Shown here one piece after another: positions 10,437-20,359 of a stretch of DNA of 64,000 nt (position 1 is its first letter; each line of letters opens with the position of its first letter). The translations under genes were made by a program, and so were the position numbers. The DNA comes from Candidatus Poribacteria bacterium. Lineage in GTDB: Bacteria; Poribacteria; WGA-4E; PCPOR2b. The notes under the pieces are model-generated. The model was not told where the DNA came from. It was given only the letters and a program-made list of their open reading frames with translations, and searched no databases. The stretch covers positions 1,504,001-1,568,000 of the forward strand of contig OZ244587.1 in assembly GCA_965218095.1 (NCBI GenBank). The letters run 5' to 3'.

Positions 10437-10834
10437 TGATCTGGCTGCTCACTCCCCGTGATTCTTCTGGTCATTAACACATTCATCTGGGGAGTTACCG
10501 CGTCACAGGTAGTTCAACAAAAATTTCCGTCCTTATCCGTTTCGGGGTTCAGTTGAACAGCGCCATTGTCGCTGGAGAGTATTGGCGACTTTTTAGCGGG
10601 ATGTTCCTGCATATTCGGATTGAACACTTCCTTTTTAACTGCCTGGCCCTCTTTTTTCTTGGAAAGGTATTGGAATCGCTGTATGGCAGATACAGGTTCC
10701 TGGCGATTTACCTCCTCACTGGATATTTTGGTAGCCTCCTGTTCCTCGCCTTTGGACCGCCGAATATCATATCAGTGGGTGCTTCCGGCACAGTATTCGG
10801 CATCATCGGCGCTCATATTAACCAATGGTGCTAG
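10437..10834 (+). pseudogene. Rhomboid family intramembrane serine protease, frameshifted and truncated at the IS5 insertion
   Basis: GEYWRL...FLH...H..FN and SVGASG motifs; ORF ends at the TAG of the CTAG target site; 5' boundary approximate. Confidence 0.8.
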
Positions 10835-11668
10835 GTTCTGTTGACATTTGAGTATAAGGTTGTGGCATAATAGAAGAATGACGCCAATAACCTTACCTGA
10901 TGAACAATGGAATAAGATATACCGGTTTCTTCTAAGCTGTCCCACCATCTATGTTGGCGACGAAGCTGCTACACGCCGCTTCGTCGAAGCCGTCCTGTGG
11001 GTGACTCGTAGCGGCGCTCAATGGAGACTTCTACCAGACACCTATGGCAAATCGAACACCCGCTACAAGCGGTTTGCTCGATGGTGCGACAAAGGTATCT
11101 TCACACAGATGCACCCCCACTTCGCCTCTGACCCCGATATCGAGTCGCTTATTGTGGACAGTACAATCTGCCGCGCTCACCCGTCTGCGGCGGGCACCTT
11201 AAAAAGCTGGCGCCTTAAAAAAAACGGTGGGACTGAAAACCAAGCATTAGGTTGCTCTCGGGGCGGTTTCAGTACAAAAAATCACATCACAGTTGACGGA
11301 CTAGGCAATCCCCTAAGAATTCATCTGACACCCGGTCAGAGACATGACATAACTGAGGCGGAAGGGTTGATAATCGGATATAACAGTGAATATGTGATTG
11401 GAGACAAGGGGTACGATTCGGACGCTTTTATCGCGGTTATTGAGGCGAATGGAGCGATTGCGGTGATACCACCAAAAAGTCATCGTGTTGACCAAAGAAC
11501 GTATGACAAACACTTATACAAAGAGAGACATCGGGTTGAATGTTTCATCAACAAGATAAAATGGTATCGTCGTATCTTCTCTCGGTTTGAGAAGCTAGCT
11601 GTCCGTTATTTTGGATTTCTCAGCTTTGTCGCCACTCTTATATGGCTCCCTTGAAATGTCAACAGAAC
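10835..11668 (+). mobile_element. IS5-family insertion sequence (IS427-like group)
   Basis: 15-bp terminal IRs GTTCTGTTGACATTT / AAATGTCAACAGAAC flanked by CTAG on both sides (10831-10834, 11669-11672). Confidence 0.92.
10878..11654 (+). CDS. IS5-family DDE transposase (single fused ORF)
   Basis: LPDEQW, RSGAQWRLLP, VDST, IGDKGYDSD, YKERHRVECFINKIK.YRRI..RFEK. Confidence 0.92.
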   Translation: MTPITLPDEQWNKIYRFLLSCPTIYVGDEAATRRFVEAVLWVTRSGAQWRLLPDTYGKSNTRYKRFARWCDKGIFTQMHPHFASDPDIESLIVDSTICRAHPSAAGTLKSWRLKKNGGTENQALGCSRGGFSTKNHITVDGLGNPLRIHLTPGQRHDITEAEGLIIGYNSEYVIGDKGYDSDAFIAVIEANGAIAVIPPKSHRVDQRTYDKHLYKERHRVECFINKIKWYRRIFSRFEKLAVRYFGFLSFVATLIWLP

Positions 11669-11764
11669 CTAGCTATAAATCTGTTAAGGTGTTTGTTTAT
11701 GAAGAATCTCTTTGGCTAGGATTTGGGCGACAAGGCGGCAGCCATCGTCTGATAGGTACCCTTC

Positions 11765-12616
11765 TCATTTTCCGATTGGTTGGCTTTCGCATTTGGTGCA
11801 TCGGAAGCCGATGTGGTAGTATGCCCCTGACAGGGCGTAAGCACGTGCAGCGCAGCGGAGGTCGAATATCGCATCAAACCAACTCCCGCCCCGAACGACA
11901 AACGGTCCCTTCGCAGGAAGCGTCAGACGATTCACATCACGCCTGCGATAATGCGGCAGATAGCTATCTGCACACCATTCCGCGACGTTGCCTCCCATGT
12001 CATAGAGGGTATAGCCGTTCAGTTGGAAGGCGCCGACAGGTTTCAGGTATCGCCGCATATTTTTAACCCCACCACTGCGGATGCTTCTCACATCGTAGTT
12101 TGCCGCCTCCTCGTCAACCTGGTTCCCCCACGGATAGAGCAGATTCGGCGTCCTACCCCGCGCTGCTTTCTCCCATTCCGCCTCCGATGGTAAACGTTTC
12201 CCACGCCATTTGCAATATGCCTGCGCCGCTTCATAGGTGACATACGTCACAGAATACCGCTCCATGCTAGGAGGAAAATCGTTTCCGTCCCAATGCTTGA
12301 GATAATCCCGAACCTTGATGGCTGACTTTTGCCATTGAGGATTTGCCAGAACGAACACCTGATAATCGGCGTTGGTGACTTCGTATCGGTCGATAGAGAA
12401 CGCATCCACTGATACTTGATGCACAGGCGTTTCATCGGGTCTGCCTTTATCACTTCCCATCTGGAATTGACCGGCAGAGATAAATATCATCTCTGATAAT
12501 GTTAGATCCTGGGAATGCCCGATTGAGTTAATGGATAGTAAAACGTAAAACGTGAAACGCAATGAGTGATGAGTGAGTGAGTGATTACGCATGAGTTTTT
12601 CTTCTTTAATACTCAA
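11765..12616 (-). CDS. Formylglycine-generating enzyme (SUMF1/FGE-sulfatase) family protein
   Basis: FQMGS, YEVTNA, RLPSEAEWEKAARG, DMGGNVAEW, RGGSW, IGFRC; exact start uncertain. Confidence 0.9.
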   Translation of the reverse strand: MSIKEEKLMRNHSLTHHSLRFTFYVLLSINSIGHSQDLTLSEMIFISAGQFQMGSDKGRPDETPVHQVSVDAFSIDRYEVTNADYQVFVLANPQWQKSAIKVRDYLKHWDGNDFPPSMERYSVTYVTYEAAQAYCKWRGKRLPSEAEWEKAARGRTPNLLYPWGNQVDEEAANYDVRSIRSGGVKNMRRYLKPVGAFQLNGYTLYDMGGNVAEWCADSYLPHYRRRDVNRLTLPAKGPFVVRGGSWFDAIFDLRCAARAYALSGAYYHIGFRCTKCESQPIGK

Positions 12617-14412
12617 TCATTAGCTTGGCTAAGTGCGCCCTCCGCAATCTCCTCTTCCGCTGCCGTGCGCGGTGGGGTTGACATTTCGAGCTTGAAGGCG
12701 AGCATGTACATCATCACCACACCCAAAGCCCACCAAACAATCTGCCACACCCAGAGTTTCGGCAGACCGAAAATAAATGCCTTTGCATCGCTGCCCAAAA
12801 CTACGCCAGGACCAATTGCGAAAATGAACCAGATTGGCGTTAGAATCCACATCAGCCTTTTGAGGCCCTGCTTTTCTGGCGGAACGCTTGCTGTCTCATG
12901 GAGATAGCCGTGAAACTCCGATATGCGTTTCAGATCTTCCGCTTTGGGCTGTGGGCCCAGATAGCTGACTAGCACCGCGATTGGCAGATTCAATAGAATG
13001 CCCCAACCAGCGCTGTGGATGGTCAACGGGTAGCGAAAACCTTGAATCATATACGTTACATTTACAGCAATGAGTCCGGCAATCAAACCGGCAACAATCC
13101 CTGGTCGCGTCAAGCGTTTCCAGAAAAGTGCACCGATTAATGCAGGATACATTTGAAATCCATAAGAAACAGCAAGTCCGCCAAGCAAGACCAGTTGATC
13201 ACCGGAAATGAAAGCCACAATAAAAGCAAGCATCGTAATACAGATGACGCTCAAACGTCCAAACCAGATCTGCGCGGTGTGACTGGTATCCGGCTTGATA
13301 TATCGCACAAACAGGTCACGGGTCACCATGCCGCCGCCTGTGGACATGTACGCCGCGCCTGTCGATTGCATCGCAGCCAGCGCAGCGATTGCCGTAAACA
13401 CCAGAAGTGGCGTTGGCAATGTCTTTTTCATCAAAGTTGGAACGAGCGCGTCAGTGGCTAACTTGCCGTCGGGTGTTCTCAGATTGATCTCGCCCGCTTG
13501 ATGCAAAATCTGTCCACCGAGTCCCTGGAATGCTGTGAAAAAGATGAGAACGGCGCCAACAATCAGTGATGAGGCAAAAACCTGTTGCCAGGGAAAAGGA
13601 CGTGTGTCTTTGTTGCTGAACGCCCACATGGAAAATGCCGGTGCAGCTTGGATGCCCATCAAGGCGAACATATACGTGAGCGTTTTGATGCCTGTCCACT
13701 CAGGACCTGGCGCTTTGAATTTCATGATGCCAGGGACTTCCAGGAATTTTGCGTCAAGTCCATGCAGTTTTGCCGTGAATGCTGACCAGCCGCCGATTGC
13801 AACGACTGTGGAAATCCCGATGATAACAATTCCAGCAATCAGTAAAAGGCATTGCAGGCAATCAACCCATGCCACAGACCTCAAGCCGCCTGCAGCAACA
13901 TAGAATACGACGACGGCTGAAAGTAAGATTGCGCCTCCGTATATCGGAAGGCCCGTCAGTCAGTTAAAGAGCAATCCGCACGCCTTCAACTGTACCGCCA
14001 GGTACGGGATGCTGAATACGAGCGCGACGATAACCGTCAAAATTCGCATGGCTTCACTACCATAGTAATATCGGAACATCTCTCCGGGGGTAATAAACTC
14101 ATATTTCTTGCCGACAAGCCATTGCCGTTTTAAGAAGAGCACGCCGGAAAACGGAATCGTAATCGCATAAAACGACGCAAAGGCATACGCCAACCCCGAT
14201 TTGAGAAGCGTCGCCGGATGTCCAACAAATGTCCAACCGCTGAACGATGTCGCTGTGGCAGCGAGGACAAACACCCAGAGCGGCAGTTGCCTACCTGCGA
14301 TGAAATAGTCAGAGGCGGTTCTGGTTCGACGGAATCCTTTGACGCCCCAGAAAATACAGTAGATCCAGTATAGGGTCACGCCAAACCATACCCAAAATAC
14401 TGCTTTTTCCAC
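12613..14412 (-). pseudogene. Sodium:solute symporter family, one in-frame TGA
   Basis: ORFs 13960-14469 and 12613-13884 are in the same frame, separated only by TGA at 13960-13962; SDYFIAGR, SFSGWTF, AAMQST motifs; GTG start 14412. Confidence 0.85.
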
Positions 14413-14490
14413 TTTTGTTCCCTTTCTCTTAAAGAATGCTTGTGATTTTTCTGATAGCCTTTGGGACAACTCACCCCAACACTCGCACGG

Positions 14491-14519
14491 AGTTTAGCAA
14501 AAAGGAGGGCGTTTGTCAA
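14491..14519 (-). promoter_or_regulatory. Sigma70-like promoter for the symporter/FGE operon
   Basis: TTGACA-17 bp-TAAACT on minus strand. Confidence 0.55.
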
Positions 14520-14674
14520 ATGGAAAATTGAGGGAAAAAATCGGAGAATTGCAGGAAGCAATCTGTGACATAATACCAAATACAGCTTAAAATGAGCTTT
14601 TTCAGATTTTCGTATCAAGCTGGTTGAGGTGCTCGACTTGAGATTGAAAACTATCATTTAAAACTGAAAACGGT

Positions 14675-15707
14675 TAGGAGTTACGCAGTTGGTGTTAAAG
14701 TGTAAAGCGGTTGAGCCAGATAGGCACGAACCGCTTCTCTGATAAGCGAGACTTTCGCTTCAAACCAACTGATGCCGGTCAAAAAACAGTGCCGCTCTAG
14801 GCATAGAAACGCTCGCAATGCCAGCCCAATATGATGGCGTTGCGCAACTTCCTTGCGAACCATGCACCTCTCAACACCGACAAATTCTTGATGCCTTGAT
14901 GGTATTGTTCAATTGCCCAAAACAGTTCGTCATACTTGAGTCAAAACAGTGCGTCGCTCGTTGCCTAGTATTCAATGTCACCGTGTGGGGAGACTATCTT
15001 GAAAACCTTAATCAATCCATATCCCTTTAGATGAACGATGCTTCCTCTCTCACTAATAGCCAGTTCGCAGACCCGCTGATTGCCCCGGTTATCTAGTTTG
15101 ACCCGTCGATTGGACTTCAATTGGGTGAGCCAATGCCATCGATAGTTCCGAATCGTCAAAAGATTCTTCAAACTGCTGTACCAACTGTCAAAGACCACAC
15201 ACTCCGGAGAAAAGCCTCTCGCATGAGCATTGGAGATTAGAGCTTGAAAGTGATTATTTTTGGTCAAGCTATCATTGCGTTTATTATAGAGGCGGTAATC
15301 GCAGGGAATGTGACTGTCGCCATCAGTCCACATCAGAGTAATGAGGTTAATCCCTGAGACCACTTTTTTGTGTTTGCCTGACCAATGGCGGGTCACCCGC
15401 TCTATTTTTTGTGCATAGGGTTTGTCAAGGGTTGAGTCGTCTATGACCAAAATCCCCCGGTCTTGGGTGACATAAGCCTGTGACTCTTGCCACAATTGTT
15501 GTGGATTGGGTGTAAGCCGATAGAGGAATCGATTCAGCGAGTCATGCGCTGCCGGGGTGTTCTGTTGAGGTTGGACTCTGGCAGCCTCGGTACAACTGTA
15601 GTATCTGGGAGTCGCAATTAGAAAGTTGATATAGTCATATTCATTGCATTGGGGTCGATTCATAGCCTTTATTATAATCTATTTTCTGTCCAAGTGCATA
15701 ACTCCTA
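14675..15707 (-). mobile_element. IS701-family element, full length (1033 bp) but with defective transposase
   Basis: IRs TAGGAGTTACGCAGTT / AAGTGCATAACTCCTA; 5-bp TSD ACGGT (14670-14674, 15708-15712); IDDSTLDKPY and VFDSWYSS DDE motifs; TAG, TGA and a 1-bp deletion in the 3' part. Confidence 0.9.
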
Positions 15708-15846
15708 ACGGTATAAGAGGCAATACACGTAACAATGCACAAATAAAAAAGGCTACTTCATAATGAGTAGCCCTATCATGGCTGATTTCTCCTGATGTCA
15801 AGAGGGTTATCTGTACGCCCGGTGGCAATTCTGTGAAAAGTGTTTT

Positions 15847-16254
15847 TTACTCTCTCAACCAATTTTCTACGGTGAGATCTTCAACCCATTGAAAATGCGA
15901 ATCATCTGGGACAAGAATCAAGTTTCGGGTCAGTGCCGTGGCAGCAATCAGGATATCTGCATCTGGTATGGGTCTCCCTCTCCGTCTCAGGTCTACATGG
16001 ATGTCCACCGCTTTATCGAAAACTTCCTGACCGTCCCAAAATAGCATTTGGAAATTTTGGCGGATTGCCTCAAAGTCCCTGAACTTTCTTGTGGCGTTTA
16101 CGGCTAAAAGGCCACGTTTAATCTCATAGTAGCTGACCGCACTCGTAGCATGAGGCCCCTTAGAAAAATTGGCTTCGTCCCATTTTGCAACTACCATTTC
16201 ATTCTTGTTGATTCGGGCGCTAATGATGTTCGTGTCAAGAAGATACAACATCAT
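15847..16254 (-). CDS. PIN-domain VapC-like toxin
   Basis: YLLDTNI, YYEIKRG, PIPDADILIAATAL, VENW. Confidence 0.85.
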   Translation of the reverse strand: MMLYLLDTNIISARINKNEMVVAKWDEANFSKGPHATSAVSYYEIKRGLLAVNATRKFRDFEAIRQNFQMLFWDGQEVFDKAVDIHVDLRRRGRPIPDADILIAATALTRNLILVPDDSHFQWVEDLTVENWLRE

Positions 16255-16256
16255 CT

Positions 16257-16377
16257 TAGGAATTACATAGTTGCCCCTAATTATTCCACTATTCCTACAT
16301 CTTGAATCTTGATCGGGATTCACGATGCAAGATTCAGGTACGGCAGGACTTGTTTAATATGAAGTGCGTAACTCCTA
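16257..16377. mobile_element. MITE with IS701-like ends
   Basis: Ends TAGGAATTACATAGTT / AAGTGCGTAACTCCTA resemble the IS at 14675; flanked by ATCATCT direct repeat. Confidence 0.7.
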
Positions 16378-16443
16378 ATCATCTATATTCTATCAGCAGA
16401 ATCAGGTTCTGTCAAATCCAAATGACGACAGACGTTTCACACC

Positions 16444-18183
16444 CTAAATCTTGAAAATCTCTCCCAAACGACTACCCAGCACGCGCCCAGAGGCAAGAAG
16501 GCACGCTGTTAAAATGAACATTCCCACGACGCCTAACGCACAGGCAACATACGCGCCGCCAACAGGACGTTGTGAGAGGCTCCAGATTGCCTTGGTAATT
16601 GGGTTGTACTGATCGCGCATCGCAAGGATTAAGCTATCACTCACTTCTAGCATGGAGAATGAGAACACGAGAATCGATCCGGCAATGATATTGGCAATCA
16701 CAAGGGGCAGCGTAATCTTATAGAGCGTCCGCACCGAATTTGCGCCGAGATTCTGTGAAGCTTCTTCGTAAGTAATGCTGGTCTGCTGAAGGCCTGCATA
16801 AATTGACCGGAGCATATACGGCAGACGCCTCACGGCATAGCTGATGATTAAGAGGGCAATTGGGTTTTGACGGGGATCTAAGACGGATACGATGGATTGG
16901 GGCAGATGACGAAGCAGCAGCGTCGTGTCCGCAAAGCTACCGACATAGCCAAAAGCGAGCGCGACGCCGGGGAGTGCTAAGGGCAGCATCGCGATTGCAT
17001 CAAGCAGATTCTTGAAGGGGATGCGCTTACGGGTGAGGAGATATGAGATAATAATCCCAAGGATGAGCCCGAGTAGCGTGCTGAAAACACTGTATAACAA
17101 ACTGTTTTTTATGCTCGGCCATGTGTCATCGTGGGTAAATACCGTCGCATAATGTTTCAATGTGTAGCTCTTGGGCAGCACACTCAACCGCCACTGACTT
17201 GCGTCAGGAGTGAGCGAAGTCAAGATAATGCTGATATGCGGCAACAGCGCCATGAAGATGATCGCTCCCACGAAAAAATAGATCGCGGCGCACATCCAGC
17301 GGCTTGCCTGAACCTCACGTGAACCAACATGTCCGCGTCCGAGCATCGCATACTGTTTCGTTCCAGCCCAACGCTTAGAGATGTAGAACGCAAGGGCTGT
17401 CAGCACAATAATCAGGACGACGAGCGCGTACCCCATCGGGTTGACGTTGGCGTCAGTAACTTGACGGAAAATCCGTACGGCGATGACTTCATTGTAATCG
17501 AATATCAGCGGCGTGCCCAGATCGGTGAATGCCCAGATGAAAACCAGGATTGCCCCAGCGAAATATCCGGGAAGCATGAGCGGTAATATCACCGTCCAGA
17601 AAAGTTTCAAGCGCGATGCCCCCATGTTTTCGGCGGCTTCCTCCAGACTCGGATCAACGTTTGCCAGCGCCGCGACAACGTTGAGATACATGATTGGGTA
17701 GAGGTGCAGGGTTGCCAGCAGGGCCACGCCCCAAAATCCGCTGCCGAACCAGTCGATCGGTTCTGCCAAATCCATGAGTCCAATCTTGTTCAGGAAGATG
17801 TTCACGCTGCCGTACAAGCCAAAAAGCTGCTTCATGCCAATTGCTCCGACAAAGGGTGGCATAATAATTGGGATGAGGATCACCCCCTGCAAGGCGCCAC
17901 GTCCGGGGAAGCAATAACGGGTGAGGAAATAGGCGAGCGGCAGGCTAACGAACGTCGTCATCAGTGTCACCACCACCCCGATCTTGAAGCTATTGATGAC
18001 GAGCTCACGGATACTCTCATCCGTAATCATCAGCTTGAAATACTCAATGCTCAGACGGTCGTTAATCCAGAAGGATTCTTTGAAAATGTACAGGAGTGGA
18101 TATATCAGAAATGCGAAGAAGAAGAAGATAATCGGCAGGAGAAGCAGCGGGACAGAGGGCGTTAAATCGTATTTTCTCAGCAT
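16444..18183 (-). CDS. Fe3+/thiamine-type ABC transporter permease (FbpB-like, two EAA domains)
   Basis: LEEAAENMGAS and YEEASQNLGA loops, many TM helices; ATG 18183. Confidence 0.9.
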   Translation of the reverse strand: MLRKYDLTPSVPLLLLPIIFFFFAFLIYPLLYIFKESFWINDRLSIEYFKLMITDESIRELVINSFKIGVVVTLMTTFVSLPLAYFLTRYCFPGRGALQGVILIPIIMPPFVGAIGMKQLFGLYGSVNIFLNKIGLMDLAEPIDWFGSGFWGVALLATLHLYPIMYLNVVAALANVDPSLEEAAENMGASRLKLFWTVILPLMLPGYFAGAILVFIWAFTDLGTPLIFDYNEVIAVRIFRQVTDANVNPMGYALVVLIIVLTALAFYISKRWAGTKQYAMLGRGHVGSREVQASRWMCAAIYFFVGAIIFMALLPHISIILTSLTPDASQWRLSVLPKSYTLKHYATVFTHDDTWPSIKNSLLYSVFSTLLGLILGIIISYLLTRKRIPFKNLLDAIAMLPLALPGVALAFGYVGSFADTTLLLRHLPQSIVSVLDPRQNPIALLIISYAVRRLPYMLRSIYAGLQQTSITYEEASQNLGANSVRTLYKITLPLVIANIIAGSILVFSFSMLEVSDSLILAMRDQYNPITKAIWSLSQRPVGGAYVACALGVVGMFILTACLLASGRVLGSRLGEIFKI

Positions 18184-18515
18184 AGATTCGATAGGTAATA
18201 CTCTGTAACATAAATTATGAGAGCTGAAGTCCAGTGAGCAGATGCTTGCTGACCCCCCCCGCCTGCGGGGGGAATAAAGGGGGGGGGAGGAAGAACGAGG
18301 CAAGAACGGGTCGTAAAACGTGACAGGTCAGAAGAACTCTCTTATGACGCATTACGTTTTACGCATTACGTTTCACGACCCCCTTTCTGACGCAGATTGT
18401 TGTACATGTCAAAACTTACTTTACAGTGTAGTAATTACCCGGAACTTTTAATTTGATAGATTTCTGGATATCCCTTCGCGTCGTTTCCCCTCGAACGCAG
18501 TACAGGGCTCTAGGG

Positions 18516-18568
18516 CAAGCGACGGCTTTAGCCGGTCGCTCTTTCGCAAAGACCCGGCTAAAGCCGCC
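18516..18568. repeat. REP-like palindrome
   Basis: CGGCTTTAGCCGG ... CCGGCTAAAGCCG inverted repeat, intergenic. Confidence 0.55.
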
Positions 18569-18688
18569 TGATAGATCGCCTGTCCCGATCCCATCAGGGG
18601 ATGCGAGGACCGGCATCCAAGGTAAGCATACGATTATCGAAATAATTATGTCCGGTTACTTATGACGTAGGGACATGAGAGCAATCCC

Positions 18689-20185
18689 CTACTTTTGCGC
18701 GATAGCGAGGTTTCGATGAAGGCCACACATGAGCTCTCGAGATTTGAAATTTGGCGAGAAATCGTACAGCCCGTAGTGAAGCAACCCATCATTTGCAACA
18801 ATCTCATCTTCAACAGGATCGAAAACCAGACGTTGCAAATATACATTCTTGTGCCCGATCCTTTGTACATCCATGTTCCGCCGTTTTGTAATTTGTACGG
18901 CTTCCTGAAGTTCAGGTGGGATCGGCTCGTGATTTCGACGCATCTGTAGATATTTCTTCATCACATGCCAACGCTTGGGACCGCCGTTATAAAAGCTATA
19001 ATCCGTCCAGTGATACGGATCTGGATCTTGCGCGAGGTTGAGTTCATCTTTGAGGATTTTGGCATTCTTGCTGTAAAAATCCAGACACTCATCGAAGCGA
19101 TAGGCCCCATCCCGCTTGATATGATAGGCCGCCAGGAAAGCACCAATGTGAGGGGCTTTCAGAAGATTGATGTAATATTGCCCGGTCGGATTTTCTTGGC
19201 GATTGTAGGTGCCCTTTAGCTCCTCTTCCAATCGGACGAGATAGTCCGCCCAGGTCAGTCGCGTCCCCGTCCAATCCTCGCCAGGGCTGAGAAACTCAAA
19301 AAAAGGACTATACACAGGCGTACTTGGATCTAAAATGTGGCGAATCAAGTTGGGTAAGACTGCAAGATTATTCTGAGCGATGCCAATATCATCGTTGCCA
19401 ATGGCATTCGTATTGCGGCCGACTGTGGTTTCATTGAAATCGGTCTCAATTTCAAAAATCTTCAATAGCCGCAACGGGTCTACGCCGGCAACCTGTCCCG
19501 CAATAAGCGCGAATGGAAAGTAACGTCGTCCCTCAAACAGCGTTCTGCTTAACGCCATCGTGGAATATCTCGGCACGTTTAATCGTTTTTGGTATACCAG
19601 TTCGTTCGTGGTAATCCCATATACTTTCTGCTCAGTTTCCGGATCAAAATTGTTATAGATACTATATGCTTGATCGATCGCTGGTTGAATCCGTTGATTA
19701 AAGATCATTTGGTAATCGGAGCGCACTTTCTGGTCGTAAACGATAACGTGCTGCCCATCCCAATCGCTTCGAGCATATCCGTCTATAGTGAGCTGAATCA
19801 ACTTCTCTTGGAAAGTTTGACCCGGTTTCGTGAGTTGCTCCAGAACATCATCAATTGCAGCGTCCTGTACTTTCTTCTGGTTTGTGAGCGTGAAGGTAAC
19901 GGTCTGATTGTTTTTAAGATAGTGCCAGAACGTCTCTCGCTCCCTCACCACGCGATAGGCTAGAAAGGCACCAAGCCCCAGCGGAAGCAGGAGGCAAATG
20001 GTGAGAGTAGCTCGGACAAACATCCGAAAAAAGTGCTTCGCCCGTGCGGTGAGAGAAGTTTCTGGAATATACGGCGGGAGAATTTCACTCAGACGTTCAT
20101 TTATTTCTTGCTGTTCAGAGGAATGTGTCTCAGTAGGATAAGACTCTAATGTCTTCGGTAATGTGTTCATGGTCCTCATCTCCAT
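18689..20185 (-). CDS. Membrane-anchored protein with divergent lytic transglycosylase (SLT/lysozyme-like) domain
   Basis: Single TM near aa 55-78; VDP....IFEIETDF (catalytic Glu), GIAQ, SFYNGG match SLT motifs I-III. Confidence 0.7.
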   Translation of the reverse strand: MEMRTMNTLPKTLESYPTETHSSEQQEINERLSEILPPYIPETSLTARAKHFFRMFVRATLTICLLLPLGLGAFLAYRVVRERETFWHYLKNNQTVTFTLTNQKKVQDAAIDDVLEQLTKPGQTFQEKLIQLTIDGYARSDWDGQHVIVYDQKVRSDYQMIFNQRIQPAIDQAYSIYNNFDPETEQKVYGITTNELVYQKRLNVPRYSTMALSRTLFEGRRYFPFALIAGQVAGVDPLRLLKIFEIETDFNETTVGRNTNAIGNDDIGIAQNNLAVLPNLIRHILDPSTPVYSPFFEFLSPGEDWTGTRLTWADYLVRLEEELKGTYNRQENPTGQYYINLLKAPHIGAFLAAYHIKRDGAYRFDECLDFYSKNAKILKDELNLAQDPDPYHWTDYSFYNGGPKRWHVMKKYLQMRRNHEPIPPELQEAVQITKRRNMDVQRIGHKNVYLQRLVFDPVEDEIVANDGLLHYGLYDFSPNFKSRELMCGLHRNLAIAQK

Positions 20186-20359
20186 TCATGGTCCTCATCT
20201 CCATAGGATAAAGTAAAGATTTCAGTGGTTTGGAGACCGGGCTGGTGTTCTATCATTAACCCCTTGAGGGCCCATGCTGTGACTCCATCCATGCGTGAAA
20301 CGTAAAACGTAAAAAATTGTCCGGCTTACGTTTCACACTTTAGGCCTCTTAGGTCGGTG

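Noticed and set aside
18184-18303. N-terminal extension of the ABC permease
   Set aside because: Derived from a C/G-run palindromic repeat; ATG 18183 is more plausible
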